The position numbers and the translations under genes were made by a program. Of a stretch of 54,749 bases of DNA, positions 27,675-36,901 are shown one piece after another (position 1 is the first letter of the stretch; each line of letters begins with the position of its first letter). The stretch covers positions 1-54,749 of the forward strand of contig JBOHKB010000371.1 in the NCBI GenBank assembly GCA_050728815.1. The letters are read 5' to 3'. Under the pieces are notes generated by a model. That model worked only from the letters and a program-made list of their open reading frames with translations. It ran no database searches and was not told the origin of the DNA. The stretch is from Propylenella sp. (lineage in GTDB: Bacteria; Pseudomonadota; Alphaproteobacteria; Rhizobiales; Afifellaceae).

Positions 27675-29162
27675 TCACCGCTTCAGATTGACGTGAACGG
27701 TCTTTTCCTGCGTGAACCCAAGCAGCTCTTCCAGGCATTCCTCCCGGCCCATTCCCGACTGTTTATAACCCCCAAAGGCCGCTCCGAGATAGTGCCTTGA
27801 GACCTCGTTGATCCACACGACGCCGACATCGACCGCGCGGGCGGTCCGATGCGCCTTCGCGATGTCGTTTGTCCAGATCGAGCAGGTGAGACCGTATTCG
27901 ACCGAATTGACCTGATCGAGCATGTCCGCTTCGTCGGACCAGCGGAAAACCGACAGAACCGGTCCGAAAATCTCCTCTCTGGCGATCGTCATGTCGGGCG
28001 TCACTTCGGCGAATACGGTCGGCTCGAAGAAATAGCCGTTGGCAAGCTGCGGATCGTCTGGCCGCTTGCCGCCGTAGACCAGGCGCGCACCCTCCTTATG
28101 GGCCTTGTCAACATAGCCGAGTACGCGGTCGAGCTGTTTCTTGCTGACAATGGCGCCCATGGTCGTCGCCCGCTCGGTCGGCAGGCCGGGCTTAAACGCG
28201 CTGCAATATTCGCCGATGCGCTCAAGAACGGCGTCGCAAATGCTCGCATGGAGAAAGGCGCGGCTGGTGGAGCCACAGGACTGGCCGCACCAGGTGAAGT
28301 TCATTCCGGCCACCGCGTTTCGGGCAACTTCGTCGGGATCCGCATCGCCATAGGCAATCAGAGCGTTCTTGCCCCCAAGCTCCAGCTGCACCTTCTTCAG
28401 CGTATCCGACGCCGCGCGCATCACCGCTCTTCCGGTCGGAACGCTGCCGATCAACGCGACTTTGGCGATATCCCTGTCGCTAGCCAGAAGTGCGCCAACC
28501 TCGGCACCGCCGAGCACAATATTGAATGCACCGGGCGGGAACAGACCATCCAGCAACTCCGCCAGCCGCAGCGAGGAGAGCGGCGCCTGCTCCGGCGGCT
28601 TGACGATGATGGTATTGCCGGCGGCAAGCGGCGCGGCGACCTTGCCGGCGCAAAACATCAGCGGATGGTTGAAGGGGATGATGCGGGCTACCACTCCGAG
28701 CGGCTCGCGCACAGAATAGGTGAGCTGACCCGACCCGAAGGGAACGGTCGATCCCTTCATCTCCGTCACCAACCCGGCGAAGTAGTCCATTTGCGCGGCG
28801 GCGGCCGCGGCGTCGGAGGTCATCTCGGCAACGGGATTTCCGCCATCGATCGCGTCAATGAGCGCCAGCTCTTCTGCGTGCGCGCGCAGCACTTCCGCAC
28901 AGCGGCGCAATATCTTGGCACGCTCGATTGGGGCTATGTCGCGCCACGGCCCATATGCGGCCTTGGCCGCCGCGATCGCGGCGCGCACGTCTTCCGCCGA
29001 GCCGGCGGCGACGCTGCCGAGCGCTTCGCCTGTCGCCGGGCTTGCGACGTCGTCCCAGGCTCCCGATTTCGGGTCGTGCCAAGCGCCGCCGTAGTAATGA
29101 CCGCGCCTCGTCGGGAGGCTGTAGCTCCTCGTCGTATCTGCGCGATGGACTAGGTGCGTCAC
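27675..29162 (-). CDS. NAD(P)+-dependent aldehyde dehydrogenase
   Basis: 495 aa. FNHPLMF, VKPPEQAPLS, ELGGKNALI (catalytic Glu) and FTWCGQSCGSTSR (catalytic Cys). Confidence 0.9.
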   Translation of the reverse strand: MTHLVHRADTTRSYSLPTRRGHYYGGAWHDPKSGAWDDVASPATGEALGSVAAGSAEDVRAAIAAAKAAYGPWRDIAPIERAKILRRCAEVLRAHAEELALIDAIDGGNPVAEMTSDAAAAAAQMDYFAGLVTEMKGSTVPFGSGQLTYSVREPLGVVARIIPFNHPLMFCAGKVAAPLAAGNTIIVKPPEQAPLSSLRLAELLDGLFPPGAFNIVLGGAEVGALLASDRDIAKVALIGSVPTGRAVMRAASDTLKKVQLELGGKNALIAYGDADPDEVARNAVAGMNFTWCGQSCGSTSRAFLHASICDAVLERIGEYCSAFKPGLPTERATTMGAIVSKKQLDRVLGYVDKAHKEGARLVYGGKRPDDPQLANGYFFEPTVFAEVTPDMTIAREEIFGPVLSVFRWSDEADMLDQVNSVEYGLTCSIWTNDIAKAHRTARAVDVGVVWINEVSRHYLGAAFGGYKQSGMGREECLEELLGFTQEKTVHVNLKR

Positions 29163-29194
29163 GCCTCTCCTCCAATCCGAAAGAAAATGCCGAG

Positions 29195-30985
29195 CTAGTC
29201 TGTTTGTCCGACTCGCACATCGACGACCGCGACCGCTCCGCGATCAACGGCGACGATGGCCTCCGCAAAGGCGGCCATCAGGCGCTCCGCCTCGCGAACA
29301 GGGCCGACGGCAACCGCCCCCTGCCCACGAGCAATTGCGCAGAGGTCGAGTTCTGGATCGCGCATCCTCTGTCCGATCCAGCGATTCTCGAGGGGCCTGC
29401 CACGTGCGCGGGCAACCCGCTCCTGGTGGACTTCGTCGTTGAAATAGGTCTGGTTGTTGGCCACGACGATCAGAAGCGGAATTCCGTAATGGGCGGCGGT
29501 CCACACGGCCGTCGCGCCCATAAGGAAATCGCCGTCGCCCAAAACTGCGACCGGCAGCCGGCCGCTGCCGCGAAGCGCCAGAGCGGCGCCGACGGAGATG
29601 CCAGGTCCGCCGCCAATACCGCCACCGCCCCACGTGCCGATGAAGTCGAGCGGGTGGCGAAAGGGCCAGATGCCGCCATTCCATTGTAGCGGAACGTGGA
29701 GCAGCGAGACATCACGCTTGTGGCATGCGGCGAGCAAGGCAAACCCGAGCGCGTCGATGTCGATAGCCCCGCGTTGCTGTGGCGCTTGGCGGGGCCCTTC
29801 GGGCGAGACGGCCGCGCCGGCGGGCTCCTTGCCGACCTTCAGGGCGCGAAGCAATTCTGGCACGACCGTGTCAGGATCGCCAGCGAGAAAGAGGTCGACC
29901 GGCGGAAGCGCCTGGTGGTCCATGCTCCAGCCGTTGTGGAGATAGTGGTCGAGCGAAACTTGTACGACCGTTGCTGACGGCGCCTCGCCGCCAAAGCTGG
30001 CCTTCAGCATTCCGGCGAGGTCCACCCAATCGAGGCTCAAAACGACGTCCGCCTTGCGGACCGTTTCGACAGCCGCCGTTTCCGGGAATACTGCCGGCGA
30101 CGGCACATGCAGCGGGTGATCGGTAGGAAAGCCGGCGCCGAGCTTGAGATCCGTGATGACCCTCCCGAATATCCGTTCGGCAAGCGCCACGCGTGCGTCC
30201 CACGCTGCAAGACTGCGCGACACGCGCCCGATCAGGATAACCGGCTGTTTGGCTGCCGCCAGGATTTCGGCCGTCCTGTCGATTATCGCCGCGGGTGCCG
30301 AAGGCGCCGCGACGGGCATGAACTTCTCGACGGAAATCTTCGGAAGCGGCTCAGTCAAAGGCGCCTCCTGCAATTCCACATCAAGGTTGACGTAGACCGG
30401 CCCTTTCGGCGGGGTCTCAGCTATCCACGCGGCGCGCACTAGCGCCTGACGCGCCGCGCCGGGCGAAGCGGGCTGGTCATCCCATTTGACGTAGTTACGG
30501 ACTAAGCTTCCCTGATCGCTCGCCGTGTGGATCCAATCGATCCACGGTCGCCGCTTCTCGGCGTCCACCGGTCCTGTCGCGCCGATCACGATCACCGGAT
30601 GGCGGTCGCACCATGCGTTGAAAATCGCCATCGTCGCGTGAAACAGACCGACATTTGCGTGGACCGCAGCCGCCATCGGCCGGCCGGTCACCTTCGCATA
30701 GCCATGCGCGATGGCCACGGCATGCTCTTCGTGCAGGCAGACCAGTATCTGCGGCCGCTCGTTGCCAAGATAGTTGACGAGGCTGTCGTGCAAACCGCGG
30801 AAGCTGGAGCCTGGCGTGAGCGCCACGTAGGGAATGTCGAGCGCCCGTAGCGTATCAGCGATAGCGTCGCTGCCAAACGCGGAGTTCGCGTAGGACGGAA
30901 TGGGTCTCTCGTTGGAAGGATCCTTGGCCTCGGTCACGACGGTTCCGTGGTGCTCGGGATCCGTCGTCGTTTTCGACGGTGACAT
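29195..30985 (-). CDS. thiamine diphosphate-dependent enzyme of the acetolactate synthase / benzoylformate decarboxylase superfamily
   Basis: 596 aa. TPGSSFRGLHDSL...LHEEHAVAIAHGYAKVTGRP...GDGDFLMGATAVWTAAHYGIPLLIVVANN (ThDP motif). Confidence 0.85.
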   Translation of the reverse strand: MSPSKTTTDPEHHGTVVTEAKDPSNERPIPSYANSAFGSDAIADTLRALDIPYVALTPGSSFRGLHDSLVNYLGNERPQILVCLHEEHAVAIAHGYAKVTGRPMAAAVHANVGLFHATMAIFNAWCDRHPVIVIGATGPVDAEKRRPWIDWIHTASDQGSLVRNYVKWDDQPASPGAARQALVRAAWIAETPPKGPVYVNLDVELQEAPLTEPLPKISVEKFMPVAAPSAPAAIIDRTAEILAAAKQPVILIGRVSRSLAAWDARVALAERIFGRVITDLKLGAGFPTDHPLHVPSPAVFPETAAVETVRKADVVLSLDWVDLAGMLKASFGGEAPSATVVQVSLDHYLHNGWSMDHQALPPVDLFLAGDPDTVVPELLRALKVGKEPAGAAVSPEGPRQAPQQRGAIDIDALGFALLAACHKRDVSLLHVPLQWNGGIWPFRHPLDFIGTWGGGGIGGGPGISVGAALALRGSGRLPVAVLGDGDFLMGATAVWTAAHYGIPLLIVVANNQTYFNDEVHQERVARARGRPLENRWIGQRMRDPELDLCAIARGQGAVAVGPVREAERLMAAFAEAIVAVDRGAVAVVDVRVGQTD

Positions 30986-31128
30986 TGCTCAACTCTCCCA
31001 CCGGCTCGCCAGTCCACGCCCGACCATCTGGCTCTTAACGTAGCGCAGCCCCTGCGTAGAGCCGAACGATGCTTCATACGCACCTCAACGCTCAAAGCCT
31101 TCCCGGCAACGGCGGCATCAGCCGCAAA

Positions 31129-32610
31129 TCAAGTTCCCCTTCCCGCGACAACGGAGCGGATCAGCATGAAACCCAGGATCGCGAAACTCGTGAGGAGAAG
31201 AACCAGGCTGAGCGACCGAGTGAAGAACACAGTCGGATCGCCGCCCGACAGCAGCATGGCTCGGCGGAGATTCTCTTCAAGCAGCGGCCCCAGGATGAAG
31301 CTGATCAGAAGCGGCGCCGGCTCGTAGCCGAAGAGGCGCATGGCGTAGCCGAGCGCTCCGAGGAGGAGGACGAGCCAAACGTCGAAGGTGCTGAAGTTCA
31401 CGCTGTAGGTGCCGATGCAAACGAGGCAGATGATGACGGGATAAAGATAGCGATAGGGGATGCGCAGCAGGTTCACCCAGACGCCGACGAGCGGGATGTT
31501 CAGCATCAGCAGGATCACGTTGCCGATCCAGAAACTCGCTACGACGCCCCAAAACAGGGACGGATGCTCGGTGATGAGGCGCGGGCCCGGCATGATCCCG
31601 TGGATCATCAGCGCGCCCAGCATGATCGCCGTCGTGACGGTGCCAGGAATGCCCATGGTCAGCATCGGGATGAACGCAGTCTGGGCCGCGGCATTGTTGG
31701 AGGCTTCCGGGCCGGTGAGCCCCTCGATGGCGCCATTGCCGAATCGCGAGGGATCCCGCGCCAGGCGCTTTTCCGCGGCATAGCTGAGGAACGACGCGAC
31801 CACCGGACCGATGCCGGGCAGCGGGCCGATGACGCTTCCGATGCCGAACCCGCGCAATACTGGAAACACTGAGCGGCGAACATCATCGCGCGTCGGCAGC
31901 ATCGAGCGCAAAGTAACGTTTGCCGAGATCGCTCTCCCCTCAGTAATGCGAACCGAGGCGATCACCTCCGATACGCCAAACAGGCCCATCGCCAAAACGA
32001 CGACGCTGATACCGCTGTAGAGCTGCGGGAAGTTGAGGTCGAAGCGCGCCACGCCGCTGATCACATCGGTGCCGACACCGCCAAGAAGCAGCCCGACGAT
32101 CACCATCGCTAGGCCTTTCAAGGGCGAACCGCGAGCGATCGATGCGACGATGATCAGCGCGAGCAGCATAGCGGCGAAATATTCTGCCGCACCGAACGAC
32201 AGCGCGAAGGCGATTACGACCGGCGCAAGCGTCATCAGCACGAGGATGCCGAGCGTTCCGCCAACAAACGACGCAATGGCTGACATGCAAAGCGCCACGC
32301 CGGCGCGGCCCTGTCGGCTCATTGGATAGCCTTCCAGGCAGGAAACAGCACTCGATGGCGTGCCCGGAATGTTGAGTAGGATCGATGCAGTGGAGCCTCC
32401 ATACTCGGCTCCATAGTAAACGCCGGCCAGCAGAATGAGCGCTGTGGTTGGGTCGAGATAGAAGGTGACCGGCAAAAGCAGCGAGACGGCAGCGACCGAT
32501 CCCACCCCCGGTAGCACGCCGATGGCCGTCCCCAGCGCTACGCCTCCGGTGCAATAGGCAAGGTTCACCAGCGAGACGGCGACGGTGAAGCCGAGCCACA
32601 GGTCCTCCAT
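31129..32610 (-). CDS. tctA: tripartite tricarboxylate transporter (TTT) large permease
   Basis: Track ORF 31129..32841 trimmed to ATG 32610 (MEDLWLGFTVAV...), overlapping the tctB stop (ATGA). GVLPGVG, EYGGSTASILLNIPG and GPEASNNAA. Confidence 0.9.
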   Translation of the reverse strand: MEDLWLGFTVAVSLVNLAYCTGGVALGTAIGVLPGVGSVAAVSLLLPVTFYLDPTTALILLAGVYYGAEYGGSTASILLNIPGTPSSAVSCLEGYPMSRQGRAGVALCMSAIASFVGGTLGILVLMTLAPVVIAFALSFGAAEYFAAMLLALIIVASIARGSPLKGLAMVIVGLLLGGVGTDVISGVARFDLNFPQLYSGISVVVLAMGLFGVSEVIASVRITEGRAISANVTLRSMLPTRDDVRRSVFPVLRGFGIGSVIGPLPGIGPVVASFLSYAAEKRLARDPSRFGNGAIEGLTGPEASNNAAAQTAFIPMLTMGIPGTVTTAIMLGALMIHGIMPGPRLITEHPSLFWGVVASFWIGNVILLMLNIPLVGVWVNLLRIPYRYLYPVIICLVCIGTYSVNFSTFDVWLVLLLGALGYAMRLFGYEPAPLLISFILGPLLEENLRRAMLLSGGDPTVFFTRSLSLVLLLTSFAILGFMLIRSVVAGRGT

Positions 32611-33062
32611 CAGCCGACGCGCCTCAATGCCGGTAGCTCGAGACCGAGCCCGACCCGGAAGATCAGCCAGGCGCCAAGCGCCGCAACGAATGCGAGGAGA
32701 AGCGCGGCCTGCCAGCGCGCAGAACGGTCGCCTGCCGCCGACAGCAGCACCGCCGCGACCACGGCCGGAACCAGCCCCAGGCGTTCGACCGTCACCGCGA
32801 AGGCGGCGATGCCGGCCAGCACGGCGAAGAGCGGACGCCATGCAACAGTCTCGGGATCGCCGTCGTCTGTTCGCGGCCGCACGATCAAGGCATTGAAAAG
32901 CCCTACGACAATTGCCGCGCCGGCGACGATCAGCGGGTAATAACCCGGCCCCATTCTATGCGCCGTGCCGATGTCGAGCCCGAGCGCGCCGATCAGAAAC
33001 GCAAGACCGACCGTGCTGACCGAGAGACCGGCAGCGACTTCCTTGACTGTTCGCCGACTCAC
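32610..33062 (-). CDS. tctB: TTT small membrane subunit
   Basis: 150 aa with 4 hydrophobic segments, located directly upstream of tctA. Confidence 0.75.
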   Translation of the reverse strand: MSRRTVKEVAAGLSVSTVGLAFLIGALGLDIGTAHRMGPGYYPLIVAGAAIVVGLFNALIVRPRTDDGDPETVAWRPLFAVLAGIAAFAVTVERLGLVPAVVAAVLLSAAGDRSARWQAALLLAFVAALGAWLIFRVGLGLELPALRRVG

Positions 33063-33139
33063 ATCGGTCGCCCTAGCACCAGAGATCGCAAATCGCGGGA
33101 TGTCCCTCCTGCTCGACCGCCCGACCCGGCGCCGATGCT

Positions 33140-33162
33140 CCGCTCGAAGCGGATTCGAGCGG
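33140..33162. promoter_or_regulatory. perfect 9-bp inverted repeat (ccgctcgaa gcgga ttcgagcgg) in the divergent tctB / tctC intergenic region
   Basis: Read directly. It is an operator or hairpin candidate with no further support. Confidence 0.35.
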
Positions 33163-33379
33163 CCAAATCATATCCACCGCGCCACCGCCGTAAACTACCG
33201 GAGGCGCCGTGCGACGGACCGATGGCTTTGGTCTCCCATACATTTTCGGAAGTTCCAGGCACTCCTTGGCTTGTCTACACTAGATGACCGGACGAAAGGG
33301 ATTACAACAACGAACGGGTCCGAGGAGGCCGGACGCTGCGCGAGCGCGGAGCGAATGGACCCGGCAGCGGGAGGCTGTT

Positions 33380-34351
33380 ATGGGAAGGGTCACGGTTTTC
33401 GTCGCCGCGCTCGTTGCGGTTTTGGGGATCACGCCTTCCGGGCACGCGCAGGATACCTTTCCGACCAAGCCCGTCCACCTGATAGTTCCGTTCGGGACTG
33501 GGTCGAGCGATTCGCTGGCGCGCATCGTCGGCGAGAAATTCTCGGAGTTTCTCGGCCAGCCCGTCGTGGTGGAAAACAAGCCCGGCGGCAACGGCGTCGT
33601 CGCCGGACAATACGTGCTCAGCCAACCGGCGGACGGCTACACGATCCAGATGTGCCTCAATTCCACGCACGGACTGGCAAGCCTCTTCAACAAGGAGGTC
33701 CCGTTCGATCCATTCAACGATTTCACCCCGATCGGTGGGTTTGTCTCGGCGCCCTTCGTCCTGTTTGCTCATTCTTCGGTCCCGGCCAACAACGTCGCCG
33801 AGCTGCTCGACTATGTGAGGGATAATCCCGGCCAGAACGGTGTCGCCAGCGGCGGCGTTGGGTCGATTCCGCATTTGGCGGTGGAGCTTCTCAACCAGAA
33901 GACGGACGTGCACTTCGAGCACATACCCTATCGCGGCGGCGGCGAGGCCATGACCGATCTCGTTGCGGGTCAGGTGCCGTTCCTGTTCTCCACCATCGGT
34001 CCGGCGAAGGGCCACGTCGATGCGGGTACGATCAAGATGATCGCGGTGATGGGCGACGAGCGGCTTTCGATTCTGCCCGACCTGCCAGCTCTCGGCGAGA
34101 CCGTCCCAGGCTTCGAGATTCCCGATGCGCTTTTCGGCGCCTGCGGGCCGGCCGGCATCCCCGACCCGGTGGTGGCGCGGCTCAACGAGGCGCTCGGCGA
34201 GGCCATCAAGTCGCCGGACGTGGCCGAGAAGCTCGCCAATCTCGACATGAACCCAGCCGTGATGAGCGCAGAAGAGTTCGGCGCGCGGCTCCGCGGCGAC
34301 TACGATATCTTCAAGCAAATCACCGACGCGGCCGGGATCGAGCCGCAATAG
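33380..34351 (+). CDS. tctC: TTT periplasmic substrate-binding protein (Bug/TctC family)
   Basis: Track ORF 33284..34351 trimmed to ATG 33380. MGRVTVFVAALVAVLGITPSGHAQDTFPTKPVHLIVPFGTGSSDS (signal peptide plus the family N-terminus). Confidence 0.88.
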   Translation: MGRVTVFVAALVAVLGITPSGHAQDTFPTKPVHLIVPFGTGSSDSLARIVGEKFSEFLGQPVVVENKPGGNGVVAGQYVLSQPADGYTIQMCLNSTHGLASLFNKEVPFDPFNDFTPIGGFVSAPFVLFAHSSVPANNVAELLDYVRDNPGQNGVASGGVGSIPHLAVELLNQKTDVHFEHIPYRGGGEAMTDLVAGQVPFLFSTIGPAKGHVDAGTIKMIAVMGDERLSILPDLPALGETVPGFEIPDALFGACGPAGIPDPVVARLNEALGEAIKSPDVAEKLANLDMNPAVMSAEEFGARLRGDYDIFKQITDAAGIEPQ

Positions 34352-34375
34352 TACGCGGAGCCGCCTGTGGCGGTC

Positions 34376-35095
34376 CTACTTCCTCTTGCGCAGAAGTACC
34401 TGGTCGATGGTCTCCGCCGTTTGCCCGAACAGGGCCGCCTTCGCCTCCTCGGTCAGCGTATGCTGGGTGTTGATCGTGTCGGCCTTCGCATAGGCGCGCT
34501 TCGTCGCTGGCCGGTTTTTGATCGCCTCGAACCAGCGTTTCAGATGCGGGAAGTCGTCCAGGTCCTGTCCCTGCCATTCGTGGCGGAAGACCCACGGATA
34601 GCATGCAATGTCGCCGATCGAATAGTCGCCGGCCACGAACTCCCGATCGGCAAGGCGGCGGTTGAGCACGCCATAGAGTCGATTGGTCTCCAGCACGAAC
34701 CGCTCCAGCGCCGCGGGGTTCTTCTCCTTCGCATTGATGCCGAAGCGATGGTTCTCTCCGGCGATCGGACCGAGGCCGCTCACCTGCCAGAACAGCCATT
34801 GCAGCACCTCAACGCGGCCGCGGATTTCGGTCGGGATCAGCAGCCCGGTCTTATCGGCGAGGTAGAGCAAGATCGCGCCCGACTCGAACATGGCAATCGG
34901 CGCTCCGCCGTCGGCGGGAACCTGGTCGATGATCGCTGGAATGCGGTTGTTCGGGGCTATCTGGAGGAATTCTGGATTAAACTGCTCGCCCTTACGAATA
35001 TTGACAGGAAAAATCCGATATTCCAGACCAATTTCCTCAAGCGCAATCGTAATTTTGTGCCCATTCGGCGTTGTCCAATAGTAAAGATCAATCAT
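34376..35095 (-). CDS. yfcG: Nu-class glutathione S-transferase / disulfide reductase, YfcG-like
   Basis: 239 aa. MIDLYYWTTPNGHKITIALEEIGLEYRIFPVNIRKGEQFNPEFLQIAPNNRIPAIID...FESGAILLYLADKTG...LQWLFWQVSGLGP closely parallels E. coli YfcG as I remember it. Confidence 0.85.
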   Translation of the reverse strand: MIDLYYWTTPNGHKITIALEEIGLEYRIFPVNIRKGEQFNPEFLQIAPNNRIPAIIDQVPADGGAPIAMFESGAILLYLADKTGLLIPTEIRGRVEVLQWLFWQVSGLGPIAGENHRFGINAKEKNPAALERFVLETNRLYGVLNRRLADREFVAGDYSIGDIACYPWVFRHEWQGQDLDDFPHLKRWFEAIKNRPATKRAYAKADTINTQHTLTEEAKAALFGQTAETIDQVLLRKRK

Positions 35096-35326
35096 TTCGT
35101 GGCCTTCAATTCGATATGAAAGTCTATCTCTGTGTGTATACTGTAGATGGGGTGCATGCTGAAGTCAAGAGGTCGATTCTGGAGGCTTCGAGAGACACAG
35201 AGCCGGATGCAAGGCTGAGCATCACACAATTCTAGTATGGATTGTGAAGTTCCGTATCGGCGTTTCGTGTTGACTGAGAACAGAGGTGACAAGAGACTGA
35301 GCGATGAAAAGCGGGAGGAGCACGCT

Positions 35327-36292
35327 ATGAGTATTTTCAGACGAGCAGGCCCATACGCGGTTCTTGCCGCCGCGTTGGCAACGGGCGCGGCGTGGGCGCA
35401 GGACTATCCCAGTCAGAGGATCACGTTCATCGTGGGGTTCGCCGCCGGCGGCTACGCCGATGCGGTGGCGCGTATCGTCGGCGAGCATGTCAGCAACAAG
35501 CTCGGCCAGCCGGTGATCGTCGAAAACCGGGACGGAGCGACCTCCAACGTCGCCGCCCGCGCGGTGGCCGGGGCCGCGCCCGACGGCTACACGGTGCTGG
35601 TGACCACGACAGCCGTTGCAATCAACGCCACGCTCTACAAGACGATCGACTATTCGCTTGCCGACGACCTGATCGCGTTGGCCGCCCCTGTCTCGGCGCC
35701 TGAGACCTTCGACGTGCATCCGAGCAAGCCGCACACACTGGCGGAATTCCTGGACCTTGCCAAATCGAAGCGGCTGACCTTCGGCAGCGCCGGCGTCGGT
35801 TCCGGGTCGCATCTGGCGATGTTCGCCTTCCTCAAGGACGTCGCAAAGGTCGAGGTGGACTATGTGCCTTTCAAGGGGGGTGCGCCCGCCATCCAGGCTG
35901 TCGTCGGCAACCAGGTCGACGCCCTGGCGGCCACCGCCGCCGGTCCGACCGTGGCCCAGATCAAAGAAGGCACTATCGTGTGCCTCGGCGTGGCGGCCGC
36001 GGAGCGCTACGTCAACCTGCCGGATTGCCCGACGTTCGCCGAGAGCGGTTATCCAGGCTTCGAGGCCTCGTCTTGGGTCGGCTTCTTCGTACCGGCCGGC
36101 ACCGATCCGGCCATTGTCGCGACGCTCAACGAGGCGATAAACTCGCTGGTCAACGACCCTGCTACGCGCGACAAGCTCGCCGCCAACGGCGCGCTGACCG
36201 TCCGCTCGCCGGAGGAAACGGCGGCATTCGTGGCGAGCGAAGTGGAAAAATGGGGCGAACGCGTGAAGGCGGCCGGCGTTCAGGTCGAGTAG
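35327..36292 (+). CDS. tctC: TTT periplasmic substrate-binding protein (Bug/TctC family), second copy
   Basis: Track ORF 35237..36292 trimmed to ATG 35327 (SD gggaggag). MSIFRRAGPYAVLAAALATGAAWAQDYPSQRITFIVGFAAGGYAD. Confidence 0.88.
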   Translation: MSIFRRAGPYAVLAAALATGAAWAQDYPSQRITFIVGFAAGGYADAVARIVGEHVSNKLGQPVIVENRDGATSNVAARAVAGAAPDGYTVLVTTTAVAINATLYKTIDYSLADDLIALAAPVSAPETFDVHPSKPHTLAEFLDLAKSKRLTFGSAGVGSGSHLAMFAFLKDVAKVEVDYVPFKGGAPAIQAVVGNQVDALAATAAGPTVAQIKEGTIVCLGVAAAERYVNLPDCPTFAESGYPGFEASSWVGFFVPAGTDPAIVATLNEAINSLVNDPATRDKLAANGALTVRSPEETAAFVASEVEKWGERVKAAGVQVE

Positions 36293-36327
36293 GCCCAACG
36301 GTGGAGCGTCGCGTAACATGATGCGGT

Positions 36328-36358
36328 CCGGTCCAGCGTGCCTGGACCGGGCTTTTTT
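36328..36358 (+). terminator. rho-independent terminator/attenuator between tctC and tctB of the second TTT operon
   Basis: ccggtccag-cgtgc-ctggaccgg (9-bp perfect stem) followed by gcTTTTTT. Confidence 0.7.
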
Positions 36359-36413
36359 GTGAAGATTGGCCTCGCGGGGAGGAGGCGAAACCTTGGCAGC
36401 CGATCCACCGGGC

Positions 36414-36893
36414 ATGAATCACGATCGCCCCCGCGTCCGCGCGCCCAGGGACCTCCTATCGGGCCTGGCGCTCATCGCGCTCGCCGCTGTCGCGGTCTGG
36501 GGCACGCGCAACATGGACCAAGGCACGCTGCATAAAATGGGGCCGGCGATGTTTCCTCGGTGGGTTGCGGTTCTCATCGGTGTTGGCGGCCTTCTCCTGA
36601 TCGCGCTGTCGTTCGTCCGCGACGGCAAGCCGCTGACGCATATGTCACTTCGCGGGCCGGTGCTGGTTGGCGCGGCCATTGTCTTGTTCGCCCTTACGAT
36701 CCGCACGCTGGGGCTTGCCATCGCCGGACCGATTAGCCTGGTGCTAGCAAGCTACGCGACGCCAGAGGCCCGGCTTCGCTCGACCGTCGTGCTTGCACTG
36801 GCGATTACAGCGTTCTGCGTGCTGCTGTTTCGATATCTACTCGATCTGTCGCTGCCGATCCTGATAGTCCCGGGCACGTCATTGAGAATCTGA
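36414..36893 (+). CDS. tctB: TTT small membrane subunit, second copy
   Basis: Track ORF 36366..36893 trimmed to ATG 36414. 4 TM segments; RDLLSGLALIALAAVAVWG. Confidence 0.75.
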   Translation: MNHDRPRVRAPRDLLSGLALIALAAVAVWGTRNMDQGTLHKMGPAMFPRWVAVLIGVGGLLLIALSFVRDGKPLTHMSLRGPVLVGAAIVLFALTIRTLGLAIAGPISLVLASYATPEARLRSTVVLALAITAFCVLLFRYLLDLSLPILIVPGTSLRI

Positions 36894-36901
36894 GGCTGGG
36901 A

